DNA from: an uncultured Candidatus Saccharibacteria bacterium
GTDB lineage: Bacteria > Patescibacteriota > Minisyncoccia > Phycocordibacterales > UBA3531
Length of the DNA: 64,000 nt
Reading direction: 5' to 3'
Assembly: GCA_964361405.1 (NCBI GenBank)
Contig: CAYIAA010000004.1
Span: forward strand, 10,508 to 74,507
In this document: positions 19,724 through 29,297 of the stretch, one piece after another
How the letters are laid out: each line of letters opens with the position of its first letter
Numbering within the stretch: the first letter of the stretch is position 1
Translations under genes and position numbers: made by a program
Notes under the pieces: generated by a model
What the model saw: only the letters and a program-made list of their open reading frames with translations
The model's database searches: none
What the model was told of the DNA's origin: nothing

Positions 19724-20968
19724 GTGTCTTCCGTTACTATTGATGCCATGGATCAAAAGGATTTGAAACAACCCATCCCGAATTCTCCGGGCGTATATTT
19801 CTTCCGGAGCGGCAAGAGCCGTCGTTCTCGCCCACTCTATATCGGCAAGGCGACCTTTCTTCGAGACCGCGTGAGAAGTTATTTTACTGCCGATATTTTG
19901 AGCGCGCGGGGGCCGCGCATCGTTACAATGCTCCGAGAGGCGAAATCGGTTGAAGTAGAAGAGACGGACTCTGTCCTTGAAGCGCTTATTCTAGAGAGCA
20001 AATACATCAAGCGTTACCAGCCAGTTTATAACGTTCAGGAGCGCGACGATAAAAGTTTCAATTATGTCGTTCTGACGCATGAGGAGTTTCCACGTGTTTT
20101 GGTCGTGAGAGGGCGCGAACTCGGCCGTGATTCAAAAATGAAAGTCCAAACGATGTTTGGTCCTTTCCCGCATGGAGGAGAGTTACGAAGTGCGCTCAAA
20201 ATCATCCGGAGACTTTTTCCATACCGCGACCGTTGTACACCGAGGGCGGGGAAGCCTTGTTTCAATCGCCAAATTGGTCTCTGTCCGGGTGTTTGTACCG
20301 GCGAGATGGGGGTAGAGGAATATAGAAAAACGATTAGAAACTTGAAACTGTTTTTTGATGGGAAGAAGAGAGAAATTGCGGCGCATTTGAAACGTGACAT
20401 GAAAGCGTTTGGCCGCACACATGAATTTGAAAAAGCCGCGATTGTGCGAAATACGCTCTTTGCACTTGACCATATCCGAGACGTGTCGCTCCTCAGGCGC
20501 GAGGCACCGAGTGTTTCGGAACCATTCTCGAGAATTGAGGCCTATGACATCGCGCATATCTCTGGCACGAATACGGTGGGAGCTATGACGGTATGGGAAG
20601 GGGGAGAATTGATGCGCTCCGGGTACCGACTTTTTAAGCTTCGTAGCAAGAGAGGTGCAGACGACACCGGAAATTTGAGGGAGGTACTTGAACGACGGAT
20701 GGGACATTCAGAGTGGCGTCTTCCCGATGTCATTGTCGTTGATGGGGGCATGGCGCAGGTGAATGTAGCGCGCGGTGTACTCGCCGAGAGAGGGTTTGAT
20801 ATTGCAGTCGTTGGCGTCGTGAAGGATTCGCGGCATCGGGTGGCGAAACTCGTGGGGAATGTGATGGCGCTTGGTACCCGAAGGGATGCGGCAGTACTTG
20901 CGAATGCTGAAGCGCATCGTTTTGCCGTAACCTATCACAAGAAATTGCGGTCTCGGTTATCCTCCTGA
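19724..20968 (+). CDS. uvrC: Excinuclease ABC subunit C, short form (GIY-YIG + UvrBC-interaction + RNase H-like endonuclease domain, no C-terminal (HhH)2)
   Basis: GIY-YIG motif GVYFFRS...LYIGKA. C-terminal DVIVVDGGMAQVNVARGVL matches the UvrC endonuclease/RNase H-like region. 414 aa versus ~600 in canonical UvrC. Confidence 0.85.
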   Translation: MSSVTIDAMDQKDLKQPIPNSPGVYFFRSGKSRRSRPLYIGKATFLRDRVRSYFTADILSARGPRIVTMLREAKSVEVEETDSVLEALILESKYIKRYQPVYNVQERDDKSFNYVVLTHEEFPRVLVVRGRELGRDSKMKVQTMFGPFPHGGELRSALKIIRRLFPYRDRCTPRAGKPCFNRQIGLCPGVCTGEMGVEEYRKTIRNLKLFFDGKKREIAAHLKRDMKAFGRTHEFEKAAIVRNTLFALDHIRDVSLLRREAPSVSEPFSRIEAYDIAHISGTNTVGAMTVWEGGELMRSGYRLFKLRSKRGADDTGNLREVLERRMGHSEWRLPDVIVVDGGMAQVNVARGVLAERGFDIAVVGVVKDSRHRVAKLVGNVMALGTRRDAAVLANAEAHRFAVTYHKKLRSRLSS

Positions 20969-20993
20969 CGCTTTACTGGGTTATACTAGACTT

Positions 20994-21962
20994 ATGGGGC
21001 GTGTTAAAGTTGCCGTGGTTCGTGGCGGAACAAGCTCAGAGTATGACGTTTCGCTCAAATCAGGAGGACATATTCTCCGAAATCTTCCGCATCGCTACCA
21101 TCCACAGGACATTCTGATTGCACGGGATGGTACTTGGCACATGGGCGGTGTGCCCATCCACCCAGAAATGCTTGCACAGAAGAGTGATGTTGTCTTTAAT
21201 GCACTCCACGGTTCTTACGGGGAGGACGGAAAAGTACAGCAGATTTTTGAAAGTCTTGGTCTCCCGTATACCGGTTCAGGTGTCGTCGCGAGCGCGCTTG
21301 GGATGAATAAGATACTTGCGCGAGAGGCTTTCTCTAAGCACGAGTTCAAGTTGCCGCGCGCAGATACGGTTTTTTCTTATGAATCAGCCGAAGACGGAGC
21401 GCATCGAGTATTTCGCTCGATGTCGCCACCGTGGATTGTGAAACCATCATCGGCGGGGTCGTCCATTGGGGTAGGGTTTGCCCGCTCTCTCCTCGAGCTC
21501 GGAGAGGCAATACGTGAAGCACGGAAGCATAGTGAGAAGGTGTTGATTGAGGAGTTTATTGGTGGACGGGAGGCGACAGTGTGTGTTGTTGGCGCCTTCG
21601 AGGGAGGCCGCATTCACGCGCTTCCGCCGATTGAAATACGAAAACCTGTTGGGCGCCCGGTCTTTGATTTTGAGTTGAAGTATGGAGGTGAGATGGAAGA
21701 AGTGTGTCCAGGAGATTTTGATTTCTCGACACGCCTTCTCCTTGAAACCCTCGCAATCGGGGCGCATGAGTCAATCGGCGCGCGTCATTATTCGCGCTCT
21801 GACTTCATCGTCTCGCCCAAGCGGGGCATCTATCTTCTTGAAATCAATACGCTCCCCGGACTTACGGAGGAGTCGCTACTTCCCAAAGCGCTTGCCGCAA
21901 TAGACTGCCCCTTCGGTGATTTTCTTGACCATGTTCTCACACTTGCCCTTCAAGGAAAGTGA
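20994..21962 (+). CDS. ddl: D-alanine--D-alanine ligase
   Basis: N-terminal VAVVRGGTSSEYDVSLKSG, ATP-grasp motifs (KPSSAGSSIGV; EEFIGGRE), C-terminal LLEINTLPGLT. Confidence 0.9.
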   Translation: MGRVKVAVVRGGTSSEYDVSLKSGGHILRNLPHRYHPQDILIARDGTWHMGGVPIHPEMLAQKSDVVFNALHGSYGEDGKVQQIFESLGLPYTGSGVVASALGMNKILAREAFSKHEFKLPRADTVFSYESAEDGAHRVFRSMSPPWIVKPSSAGSSIGVGFARSLLELGEAIREARKHSEKVLIEEFIGGREATVCVVGAFEGGRIHALPPIEIRKPVGRPVFDFELKYGGEMEEVCPGDFDFSTRLLLETLAIGAHESIGARHYSRSDFIVSPKRGIYLLEINTLPGLTEESLLPKALAAIDCPFGDFLDHVLTLALQGK

Positions 21963-22008
21963 GGTATAGTGTTTGGGCCCTTAGCCCCTCACTTGGGATG
22001 GTCATGAT

Positions 22009-22278
22009 ATGTATTATGTATATGTACTGCAAAGCAAGAAGGATAGAAGTTTATACATTGGCTATACAAACGATCTGAAAAGGCGGTTTGAGGAACACAA
22101 TAAGAAATTAAGCAGATCAACAAAATTCAAAACGCCTTTTCAGCTCGTGTATTACGAAGCATATCAATCACGAGCCGATGCGCGATATCGTGAAGATAAT
22201 CTCAAACGATATTCTGGTGCGTATACGCATCTGCGACGCAGGATTAAGAACAGTGTCGCAGATGACCATCCCAAGTGA
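22009..22278 (+). CDS. Stand-alone GIY-YIG nuclease family protein (UPF0213-like)
   Basis: YYVYVLQSKKDRSLYIGYTNDLKRRFEEHN is the canonical GIY-YIG motif. The stop is 1 nt before the tRNA. Confidence 0.8.
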   Translation: MYYVYVLQSKKDRSLYIGYTNDLKRRFEEHNKKLSRSTKFKTPFQLVYYEAYQSRADARYREDNLKRYSGAYTHLRRRIKNSVADDHPK

Positions 22279-22279
22279 G

Positions 22280-22355
22280 GGGCCGTTAGCTTAGTTGGTA
22301 GAGCGCCACATTTGCAATGTGGAGGTCGCCGGTTCGAATCCGGCACGGTCCACCA
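22280..22355 (+). tRNA. tRNA-Ala(TGC), CCA encoded
   Basis: Hand-folded cloverleaf: acceptor GGGCCGT/ACGGTCC with G3:U70, anticodon stem CCACA/TGTGG, loop TTTGCAA (anticodon TGC), T-arm GCCGG TTCGAAT CCGGC, discriminator A, then CCA. Confidence 0.85.
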
Positions 22356-22706
22356 AACGAAACATTGTCGGAATTAAGAATATGGAGCGATTTTGCGGGA
22401 GGAAAAGGATTTGCTTTGCCCCGTCCGAATTGAAGCCCCGCCACACTGCCCGAATACTTGGAGGGCAGAACCCCGAAAGAAAAACACCCTTTCCTTTTTC
22501 AAAAGAAATTTCACCCCCGCCAAATCAGAAATGCAAGGAGTGTTTTTTCTTTCGGGGTTGCCGAGGCTCTGCGAGGCGGTGGCGGAACGATTCATTCTCG
22601 CTCAAAAAAAGTTCGAGCAAATGCTATAATAACATCACCAAATTAAACTTTCATCAGTCGTTAACTGGGGGATTGTCTAACATAGAAAAAGTGCTAAAAT
22701 ATTTCT

Positions 22707-23108
22707 ATGCGAACACTACTGAAAAATAAAACATCTTTCTACGGCATAGCCATAGCAGTGTTTCTCACTGTTAGTGTTTTCAGTTCCACGATGATGCCCG
22801 GAATGTCCCACGATGAGATGGGCGGTATAGGCAATTGCCCTTTTCAGATTGGCGGGACCATTCTTTGCGAAATGAACGTCCTTGACCACCTCGCCTTGTG
22901 GAAAGCGATGTTCGCGTCCCTTTCTCCGCAAATAACTATTGCCGCGCTTCTTCTTTCCGCATTGCTTGCGCGGGCAATTTTCAGGCATCTCTTTGCCTCG
23001 CTAGACACCCACGGGCGACAACCTCTTTTCGCATACTTACATGACACCCACATTCCGTCTTTTCACCTGCTTCCATTCGGAAGCGCAATAAGTCCGCGCG
23101 CTCCTTAG
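22707..23108 (+). CDS. Hypothetical small membrane protein
   Basis: 133 aa with two hydrophobic segments. No recognisable domain. Confidence 0.35.
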   Translation: MRTLLKNKTSFYGIAIAVFLTVSVFSSTMMPGMSHDEMGGIGNCPFQIGGTILCEMNVLDHLALWKAMFASLSPQITIAALLLSALLARAIFRHLFASLDTHGRQPLFAYLHDTHIPSFHLLPFGSAISPRAP

Positions 23109-23212
23109 TTTGTTGCTCTCGGCTCTTATTACTCACTAGCTAGAAACAAACCAAACTGGCGAAATTGAAACGATGAAGCAGTGACGCAAAGAATGGTTTA
23201 ACCAGTAATCCT

Positions 23213-24112
23213 ATGCAGAGAAATTATGTCATCACAGGAGGGGTTGTCATACTCCTTCTGGGTGTTCTGTTCTTCCTCAGTTTTGACAACAAACCAAACA
23301 AAAACGAGACGGCAGACAACCTCACGCCGGTATCCTCGTTCAGCCATTCGCATGGCATCGCAGTTGACGTAGCCGACCCAAAAAAGGTTTACATCGCAAC
23401 GCACGAAGGTCTCTACTTGCTCTCCGAAGACAAAGACCTCTACCAAATCGGTAAGACGCGGGACGACCTAATGGGTTTCATTCCGCACCCGACAGAAGCA
23501 GACACGTTCTTCAGTAGCGGACACCCATCACGGGGCGGTAACATTGGTTTCCAAAAAACAACCGATGACGGCATAACGTGGGAACGCGTATCAGACGGGC
23601 TAGGCGGTCGCGTTGACTTCCACGCAATGACCGTGAGCCAAGCAAATCCAAACATTATCTACGGCTTCTTTGGGGATAAACTTCAAAGGAGTATTGACGA
23701 GGGTCGCTCGTGGGAATATGCCAAAGGTATAGTTGCCCCCATTTCATTATCGTCCGACTTGAAAGACGAGAATGTAGTGTATGCCTCAACACAAAATGGA
23801 TTACAGGTGAGCAGGGATAAGGGCGATACGTGGCAGAGCGTATCGCCGCAATTGGAAAGCGGAGCGGTGAGTGTTTTTGCTCTTGACCCGACCTCTGTGT
23901 ATGCACTCACATTCTCCGAAAAACTCGGTGGAATGGGAAAAAGTGTTGATGGAGGCGTGACTTGGCAAAAATTAGACGAAACATTTGGAAGTGAAGTAGT
24001 ACTCTATGTTGCGTTTAGTAAATCGCAATCTGGCTTGGTCTACTCGCTGACTAACGCAAATGGTGTCTACAAAAGCACAGATAACGGAGGTACTTGGACA
24101 AAAGTACGATAA
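23213..24112 (+). CDS. BNR/Asp-box repeat (sialidase/Ycf48-like beta-propeller) protein with an N-terminal TM anchor
   Basis: Five S-x-D-x-G-x-T-W motifs (TTDDGITWERV, SIDEGRSWEY, SRDKGDTWQS, SVDGGVTWQKL, STDNGGTWTKV). N-terminal helix VITGGVVILLLGVLFFL. Confidence 0.75.
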   Translation: MQRNYVITGGVVILLLGVLFFLSFDNKPNKNETADNLTPVSSFSHSHGIAVDVADPKKVYIATHEGLYLLSEDKDLYQIGKTRDDLMGFIPHPTEADTFFSSGHPSRGGNIGFQKTTDDGITWERVSDGLGGRVDFHAMTVSQANPNIIYGFFGDKLQRSIDEGRSWEYAKGIVAPISLSSDLKDENVVYASTQNGLQVSRDKGDTWQSVSPQLESGAVSVFALDPTSVYALTFSEKLGGMGKSVDGGVTWQKLDETFGSEVVLYVAFSKSQSGLVYSLTNANGVYKSTDNGGTWTKVR

Positions 24113-24141
24113 AACTCCTCTGGCTGAAGGCAAAACACCCC

Positions 24142-24170
24142 GATAATAAAGGGGTGTTTTATTATGCAGA
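24142..24170 (+). terminator. Terminator-like hairpin AACACCCC-GATAATAAA-GGGGTGTT followed by TTATTAT
   Basis: Seen directly, 30 nt after the stop of the BNR-repeat gene. Confidence 0.45.
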
Positions 24171-24313
24171 AGGATGCCTTTGCATAACAGCAGAGACGTG
24201 CCTTGCTTTTTTTGACCGACAACCCCATCATCGTAAATCATCAAAACGCAGGATACAGCGCAGGAGTTTCTTCGCTTTGCTTTTCAGTAATCTTTTCAGT
24301 ATACTGCTGCCAT

Positions 24314-24466
24314 ATGGATATGAATGTTGAAGGTCGCTGTATGAAGTGCAAGACCCAGCGCGCGATGAAGGAAGCGAAGGAAGTGAAAATGAAGACAGGC
24401 ATGCGCGCGGCAAAGGGGACTTGTTCCGTGTGCGGCACCGGAATGTACAAAATTCTCGGGAAATAA
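24314..24466 (+). CDS. Small zinc-ribbon protein (50 aa; CxxC...CxxC) resembling the DUF5679 family
   Basis: MDMNVEGRCMKCKTQRAMKEAKEVKMKTGMRAAKGTCSVCGTGMYKILGK, with two CxxC pairs ~23 residues apart. The track ORF 24203 has a longer, unlikely N-extension. Confidence 0.5.
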   Translation: MDMNVEGRCMKCKTQRAMKEAKEVKMKTGMRAAKGTCSVCGTGMYKILGK

Positions 24467-24601
24467 CCCCGGGACAATCTTTCTTTCTAGCTCTCTCTTG
24501 TGGTGTAAGGTTTTGCACACCGTATTTCTAGTTTCTTGCGGTATAATTTGGAGTGTTGAGTATACACACCTTCTTTTTTAGTTTAGAGGGTTATACGCAC
24601 A

Positions 24602-26431
24602 TTGCAATTAGAGCAGGGGAACAACTATCGTCTTAAACACAACTATTCCCAGCGAACCGCTGGGGGTTTTAGTTTGGTTGAAATAGTGATTGGCGTTTTT
24701 CTCTTCGCGGTGCTTGGCACGGGAATCTATCAGGGTTATGCACAAGTGGCCGAAGTTGCTCGTCTTTCACGTCTCAAGGTTACGGCTTCAGCGCTTGCGA
24801 ACGAACAGTTTGAGATTATTCGTAATCTTCCGTACGCGGATGTTGGTATTTCCGGTGGTATTCCGTCGGGCGTTCTCACAGCCAATAAAACGGTTGTGCG
24901 AGATAGTGTATCTTTTAACGTCGTCACTACGGTCAGGAACGTTGACGATCCATTTGACGGAACGATTGGTGGCAATCCAAATGATCTCTCGCCGGCGGAC
25001 TACAAGCTCGCGGAAGTTGTTATCACTTGTCCTACATGCAAGCAATTCTCGACGATGTCGTTCTCGACCAATGTCGCTCCCAAAGATCTCGAGAGCGCTT
25101 CGACGAACGGTGCGCTTTTCATTCAAGTACTTGACGCGAACGGTCAGCCCCTCCCAGGCGCGAATGTCCATATAGAAAACAATGCGGAAATTCCGCCTAT
25201 CGTCATTGACGATACGACGAATGTCGATGGACTCCTCACCATCGTTGACGCGCCTCCGGGGATCGAAGCGTATGAAATCACGGTGACAAAGCCAGGATAC
25301 TCCGAAGAGCAAACCTATCCCACTGGCGCTCCGGGGAATCCAAATCCATCAAAGTCCCATGCGACTGTGCTTCTCCAGCAGGTAACGCAGGTGACGTTCT
25401 CGATCGATAGGACGAGCGCGTTTGAGATCTCGAGCGTACGGGATACTTGCAGTGCCGTGGGCAGTATTGATTTCACACTCGCTGGTACCAGAGTGATCGG
25501 CACGAATCCTGATATCTTGAAATATGACCAGGATCATATAACGAGTGCCGGTGGCGCGAAGTCAGTTACCGGTCTTGAGTGGGATACTTATGGAATTGCA
25601 CTCATCGATGGAGCATATGATCTCATCGGCACTATTCCGCTCATTCCACTCGGATTGAGCCCGAATACGACACAGAATTTCAAACTCATTGTGGCGCCAA
25701 AAGATCCGCAAAGTTTATTGGTGACCGTAAAGGATGCTGCGACGCTCTTGCCACTCTCCGGAGCCAGTGTGCGATTTGAAGGACCGGGCTATGACGAAAC
25801 GCTTCTCACCGGCCGTGGTTTTCTTCGGCAGACCGATTGGTCTGGTGGAGGAGGACAAACGGATTTCCTTGACCCGACTCGTTACTTTTCATCCGACGGA
25901 AATATCGAAGATGCCGGTCCAGTAGGTGAACTCCGACTCCAGAGTGTTTTAGACGAGTACGCCGCGGCGGGGAATCTTACGTCATCGTCCTTTGACACAG
26001 GGTCGGCAAGTAATTTTTATGACATTGGCTGGCAACCGGAAGACCAGCCGCCGGAAACAGGCGTGAACGTAGTGCGGTTCCAGATTGCGACGAACAATGA
26101 CAATGCGACGTGGAGTTTTCTTGGGCCTGATGGAACGGGGGGCACCTATTACACGCTTGCGGACCAAAACATAAATGGGGTCCATAACGGCGACCGGTAT
26201 CTTCGATACAAAGCATTTCTTGAGACTGCAAGCACAACACTCACTCCTAACGTTTCCGACATTGCCGCGACCTTTACATCATTGTGTGTTCCTCCCGGGC
26301 AAGTGGCTTTCAGTGGTCTGGCATCGGCGGGATACACGCTCACTATTTCAAAAGTGGGCTATCAACCGTGGAGCGATATCGTTAATATTGCCACTCCCTG
26401 GCAGGAAATCACTGTCACTTTGGCTCCATGA
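24602..26431 (+). CDS. Large (609 aa) prepilin-type N-terminal cleavage/methylation-domain protein (type IV pilin-like)
   Basis: TTG start. Leader ...QRTAGG followed by FSLVEIVIGVFLFAVLGTGIY (class III signal peptide with E+5). Long beta-rich C-terminal region. Confidence 0.75.
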   Translation: MQLEQGNNYRLKHNYSQRTAGGFSLVEIVIGVFLFAVLGTGIYQGYAQVAEVARLSRLKVTASALANEQFEIIRNLPYADVGISGGIPSGVLTANKTVVRDSVSFNVVTTVRNVDDPFDGTIGGNPNDLSPADYKLAEVVITCPTCKQFSTMSFSTNVAPKDLESASTNGALFIQVLDANGQPLPGANVHIENNAEIPPIVIDDTTNVDGLLTIVDAPPGIEAYEITVTKPGYSEEQTYPTGAPGNPNPSKSHATVLLQQVTQVTFSIDRTSAFEISSVRDTCSAVGSIDFTLAGTRVIGTNPDILKYDQDHITSAGGAKSVTGLEWDTYGIALIDGAYDLIGTIPLIPLGLSPNTTQNFKLIVAPKDPQSLLVTVKDAATLLPLSGASVRFEGPGYDETLLTGRGFLRQTDWSGGGGQTDFLDPTRYFSSDGNIEDAGPVGELRLQSVLDEYAAAGNLTSSSFDTGSASNFYDIGWQPEDQPPETGVNVVRFQIATNNDNATWSFLGPDGTGGTYYTLADQNINGVHNGDRYLRYKAFLETASTTLTPNVSDIAATFTSLCVPPGQVAFSGLASAGYTLTISKVGYQPWSDIVNIATPWQEITVTLAP

Positions 26432-27060
26432 AATACATAAACGGGGATAAGGGAAAGCGGGCAAGGGAATACGGTTTTTCTATTATCGAAGTAGTCATCG
26501 GTGTTTTTATTCTGGGACTCATCGCTATCTCCCTCGGAACTCTCCAGGCAGATATTTTTTCACTGCACACGATATTTTCCAATAATTTAGTAGCCCAACA
26601 AGAAGTACGACAAGCGTTTAAGACAATGATTCAAGAAGTGCGGCCTGCTTCTCCGTCGAGTACGGGTGCATACCCGATTGCGGCGGCCTCTGCCACATCA
26701 TTTACATTTTACAGTGACATTGACGATGACAATCTACGAGAGCGCATTCGTTACTACCTCGATGTTGGTGTTCTCAAGCGGGGAGTACTCGAACCGACCG
26801 GTGTTCCACTTGTCTATAATCCGGCAAATGAAATCGTGACTACGCTCGTAAAGGATGTTATCGCAACGACCACGCCACTCTTCAGCTACTATGATACGAA
26901 CTACAACGGCACGTCGGACCCTCTTCCGGAACCGGTCAATATTCTCGCCGTGCGTCTTCTTAAAATTTCTGTGACGGTTGACCATAACCCGGCGCGGCCG
27001 CCTTCGGCGACGACAGCCACAACCCAGGTCTCGATGCGGAACCTGAAGGACAATCTCTAA
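26428..27060 (+). CDS. Prepilin-type N-terminal cleavage/methylation-domain protein (minor pilin/pseudopilin-like)
   Basis: Leader MKYINGDKGKRAREYG then FSIIEVVIGVFILGLIAISLG. ATGA overlap with the upstream pilin-like gene. Confidence 0.75.
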   Translation: MKYINGDKGKRAREYGFSIIEVVIGVFILGLIAISLGTLQADIFSLHTIFSNNLVAQQEVRQAFKTMIQEVRPASPSSTGAYPIAAASATSFTFYSDIDDDNLRERIRYYLDVGVLKRGVLEPTGVPLVYNPANEIVTTLVKDVIATTTPLFSYYDTNYNGTSDPLPEPVNILAVRLLKISVTVDHNPARPPSATTATTQVSMRNLKDNL

Positions 27061-27070
27061 AAATATAAAA

Positions 27071-28492
27071 ATGAACCACGAGACAGTAAGGGGGCAAATT
27101 CTTATCCAGGTCGTCATCTATGGAGCGATAGCTGCACTCTTTATCGGAGCGCTTGTCTTGTGGGCAGGAATTAATATTCGCGCATCGCGCCAGGCATACT
27201 ACCGCGAAGAGGCAATCCAAATAGCCGAAGCGGGCATTGATTACTATCGCTGGCATTTAGCACATGCACCAGCGGACTATCAGGACGGAACCGGAGTTCC
27301 CGGGCCGTATGTACATGACTTTCGAGATAAGGATGGAAACATAATCGGGCAGTTCACGCTTGAAATCACCCCGCCCATGATTGGATCAACAATCGTGAGA
27401 ATTAAATCAACCGGCGAGACAGATGCGGCCCAAGGCGTTACGCGGAGTATCGAGACACGTCTCGCAAAGCCGTCATTTGCAAAATACGCATGGGTTTTGA
27501 ACAGTTTCGTTTTCTTCGGGTCGGCGGCGGAGGTATTCGGCCCCATACATTCAAATGACGGTCTCCGTTTTGACGGTCTTGCGCATAACATTGTGACCTC
27601 CGCGAGAGATCAGTTTGACGACCCAGATCACTCCGGCGGAAATGAATTCGGCGTTCATACGCACGATTCGCCAACTGACCCTCTGCCACCCGCGGCAGTT
27701 CCATCACGACCGGATGTTTTTGAGGTTGGGCGGCAGTTCCCGGTTCCGGCGACTGACTTCGCCGGAATTACGGCCGACTTAGCCGAGATAAAGGCAGACG
27801 CGCAAGCAAGTGGGTACTATTTCGCCGCTTCCGGTGCGCTCGGGTACCACATTGTGCTTAGAACTGATGACACATTCGACCTCTACCGGGTGAATGCACT
27901 CGTCCCTCCGCCGAGTGGATGTTCGAATAGCACGACCGGCTGGGGAACATGGAGTATTCAAACACTTGGTGAGACTCTTCTTCAAAACTATCCATTTCCG
28001 GCGAATGGATTGGTATTCGTCGAAGACCATGTGTGGGTGAGCGGGCAGATCAATTCGGGACGGATCACGATTGCTTCGGGGCGATTCCCCGATAATCCCG
28101 CGACGCGAACGAACGTTATCGTTAATAACAACCTTCTTTATACGAACTATGATGGGCAGGACGCGGTGGCTCTCATCGCGCAAGGGAATTTTAATGTCGG
28201 ACTCCGGAGCGAAAACGATCTCCGTATTGACGCCGCGATTATTGCGCAGAACGGCCGCGTCGGACGATTCAGTTATTCAAGTTCAAGTTGCGGGGTTGAA
28301 CGCTCGCGCGCCCAACTTACCGCGTACGGGATGCTTGGCTCTTTCGGGCGGCCGGCATTCGCCTACAGCAGTTCGAACGGTTACCAGGCGCGCACCTATA
28401 TTTATGACGCGAATCTGCTCTACGGCCCCCCGCCATCATTCCCGCTCACGTCGGATCAGTACCAGATTCTATCGTGGGATGAAGTGAGGTGA
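27071..28492 (+). CDS. PilX-like / non-canonical minor-pilin-like protein (N-terminal hydrophobic helix, large extracellular domain)
   Basis: GQILIQVVIYGAIAALFIGALVLWAGI helix at the N-terminus, without a G-F cleavage motif. Third gene of the pilin-like cluster. Confidence 0.5.
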   Translation: MNHETVRGQILIQVVIYGAIAALFIGALVLWAGINIRASRQAYYREEAIQIAEAGIDYYRWHLAHAPADYQDGTGVPGPYVHDFRDKDGNIIGQFTLEITPPMIGSTIVRIKSTGETDAAQGVTRSIETRLAKPSFAKYAWVLNSFVFFGSAAEVFGPIHSNDGLRFDGLAHNIVTSARDQFDDPDHSGGNEFGVHTHDSPTDPLPPAAVPSRPDVFEVGRQFPVPATDFAGITADLAEIKADAQASGYYFAASGALGYHIVLRTDDTFDLYRVNALVPPPSGCSNSTTGWGTWSIQTLGETLLQNYPFPANGLVFVEDHVWVSGQINSGRITIASGRFPDNPATRTNVIVNNNLLYTNYDGQDAVALIAQGNFNVGLRSENDLRIDAAIIAQNGRVGRFSYSSSSCGVERSRAQLTAYGMLGSFGRPAFAYSSSNGYQARTYIYDANLLYGPPPSFPLTSDQYQILSWDEVR

Positions 28493-28496
28493 TTTC

Positions 28497-29051
28497 TCAC
28501 GAGCATTTTTTCGATTCCATCAGGAAGTAGGAGGGGAAATTTAAGGGAATGAAGGAAATGTCCACATTACCGAATACCTCTTTGAGGGTTTTTGCCATTG
28601 TAGTCGAGTATTGATACACGATGAAAGAGCCGCCGGGAGTGAGCGCTTTACGTGTGTTTTCCACGATACTGCGGCGGAGACGTTTTTTGATGAAACTGAA
28701 GGGAATACTTGAAAACACGTACTGAACTTCCGTGATACCGAGCTCTGCGAGGATTTCCGGCAGATGTTGAGCGAAGTCATGAGCGATGGTAAGACGCGGG
28801 TCATTGATTGACGTGAGTTTTCCCACAAAATATGGATTTGATTCGATCGCGATCAATTTTGAACGAGGGGTCATTCGCTCCAGTATTTCTTTCGTTACTA
28901 CGCCATCGCCAGCACCGTACTCGACGACGGTTACGTCGCGCGAGAAATCAGCCGCGTCGCAGACTCTCGCTACCGCGAACTTTGAACTTTTTGTGATTGC
29001 GCCGACGCGGTAATCTTTAAGAAAAGTTTTAAAGTAGGTGAGTGTGGACAC
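28497..29051 (-). CDS. Class I SAM-dependent methyltransferase (small, rRNA adenine-dimethylase-like fold)
   Basis: VVEYGAGDGVVTKEIL glycine-rich SAM-binding motif I and an acidic motif II (IAIESNP). Confidence 0.7.
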   Translation of the reverse strand: MSTLTYFKTFLKDYRVGAITKSSKFAVARVCDAADFSRDVTVVEYGAGDGVVTKEILERMTPRSKLIAIESNPYFVGKLTSINDPRLTIAHDFAQHLPEILAELGITEVQYVFSSIPFSFIKKRLRRSIVENTRKALTPGGSFIVYQYSTTMAKTLKEVFGNVDISFIPLNFPSYFLMESKKCS

Positions 29052-29179
29052 GTTCGATAGTATACAAATAATACGTACTCCATGGAATCAAAACGGGAGA
29101 AAACCGTGTATAACTTAACCCCGCTTGTGCGGCTATTTCTTTTCTTGTATCGTGACTGCGGATGAAGCGCGATGATTTT

Positions 29180-29253
29180 GAGTCCGTAGCTCAGTTGGTT
29201 AGAGCACTGTCCTCACACGGCAGGGGTCGGTGGTTCGAATCCACCCGGGCTCA
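29180..29253 (+). tRNA. tRNA-Val(CAC), no encoded CCA
   Basis: Hand-folded: acceptor GAGTCCG/CGGGCTC, D-arm GCTC AGTTGGTTA GAGC, anticodon stem CTGTC/GGCAG, loop CTCACAC, T-arm GGTGG TTCGAAT CCACC, discriminator A. Confidence 0.8.
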
Positions 29254-29297
29254 CAGTAACTAGATGGATTCGAACCCGAGGAGATCGTCTCCTCTAT

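Noticed and set aside
22356-22706. tmRNA, RNase P RNA, SRP RNA or 6S RNA next to tRNA-Ala
   Set aside because: The signature motifs I could recall for these RNAs (for example GGAAAGTCCGGGCTCC for RNase P, a tag peptide reading frame plus tRNA-like 3' end for tmRNA) were not found. Left as an unassigned structured region.
22295-22729. 144-aa ORF beginning inside tRNA-Ala(TGC) and running through the intergenic region
   Set aside because: It overlaps a well-formed tRNA. Its product is low-complexity with no domain. The region is better explained as noncoding or structured RNA.
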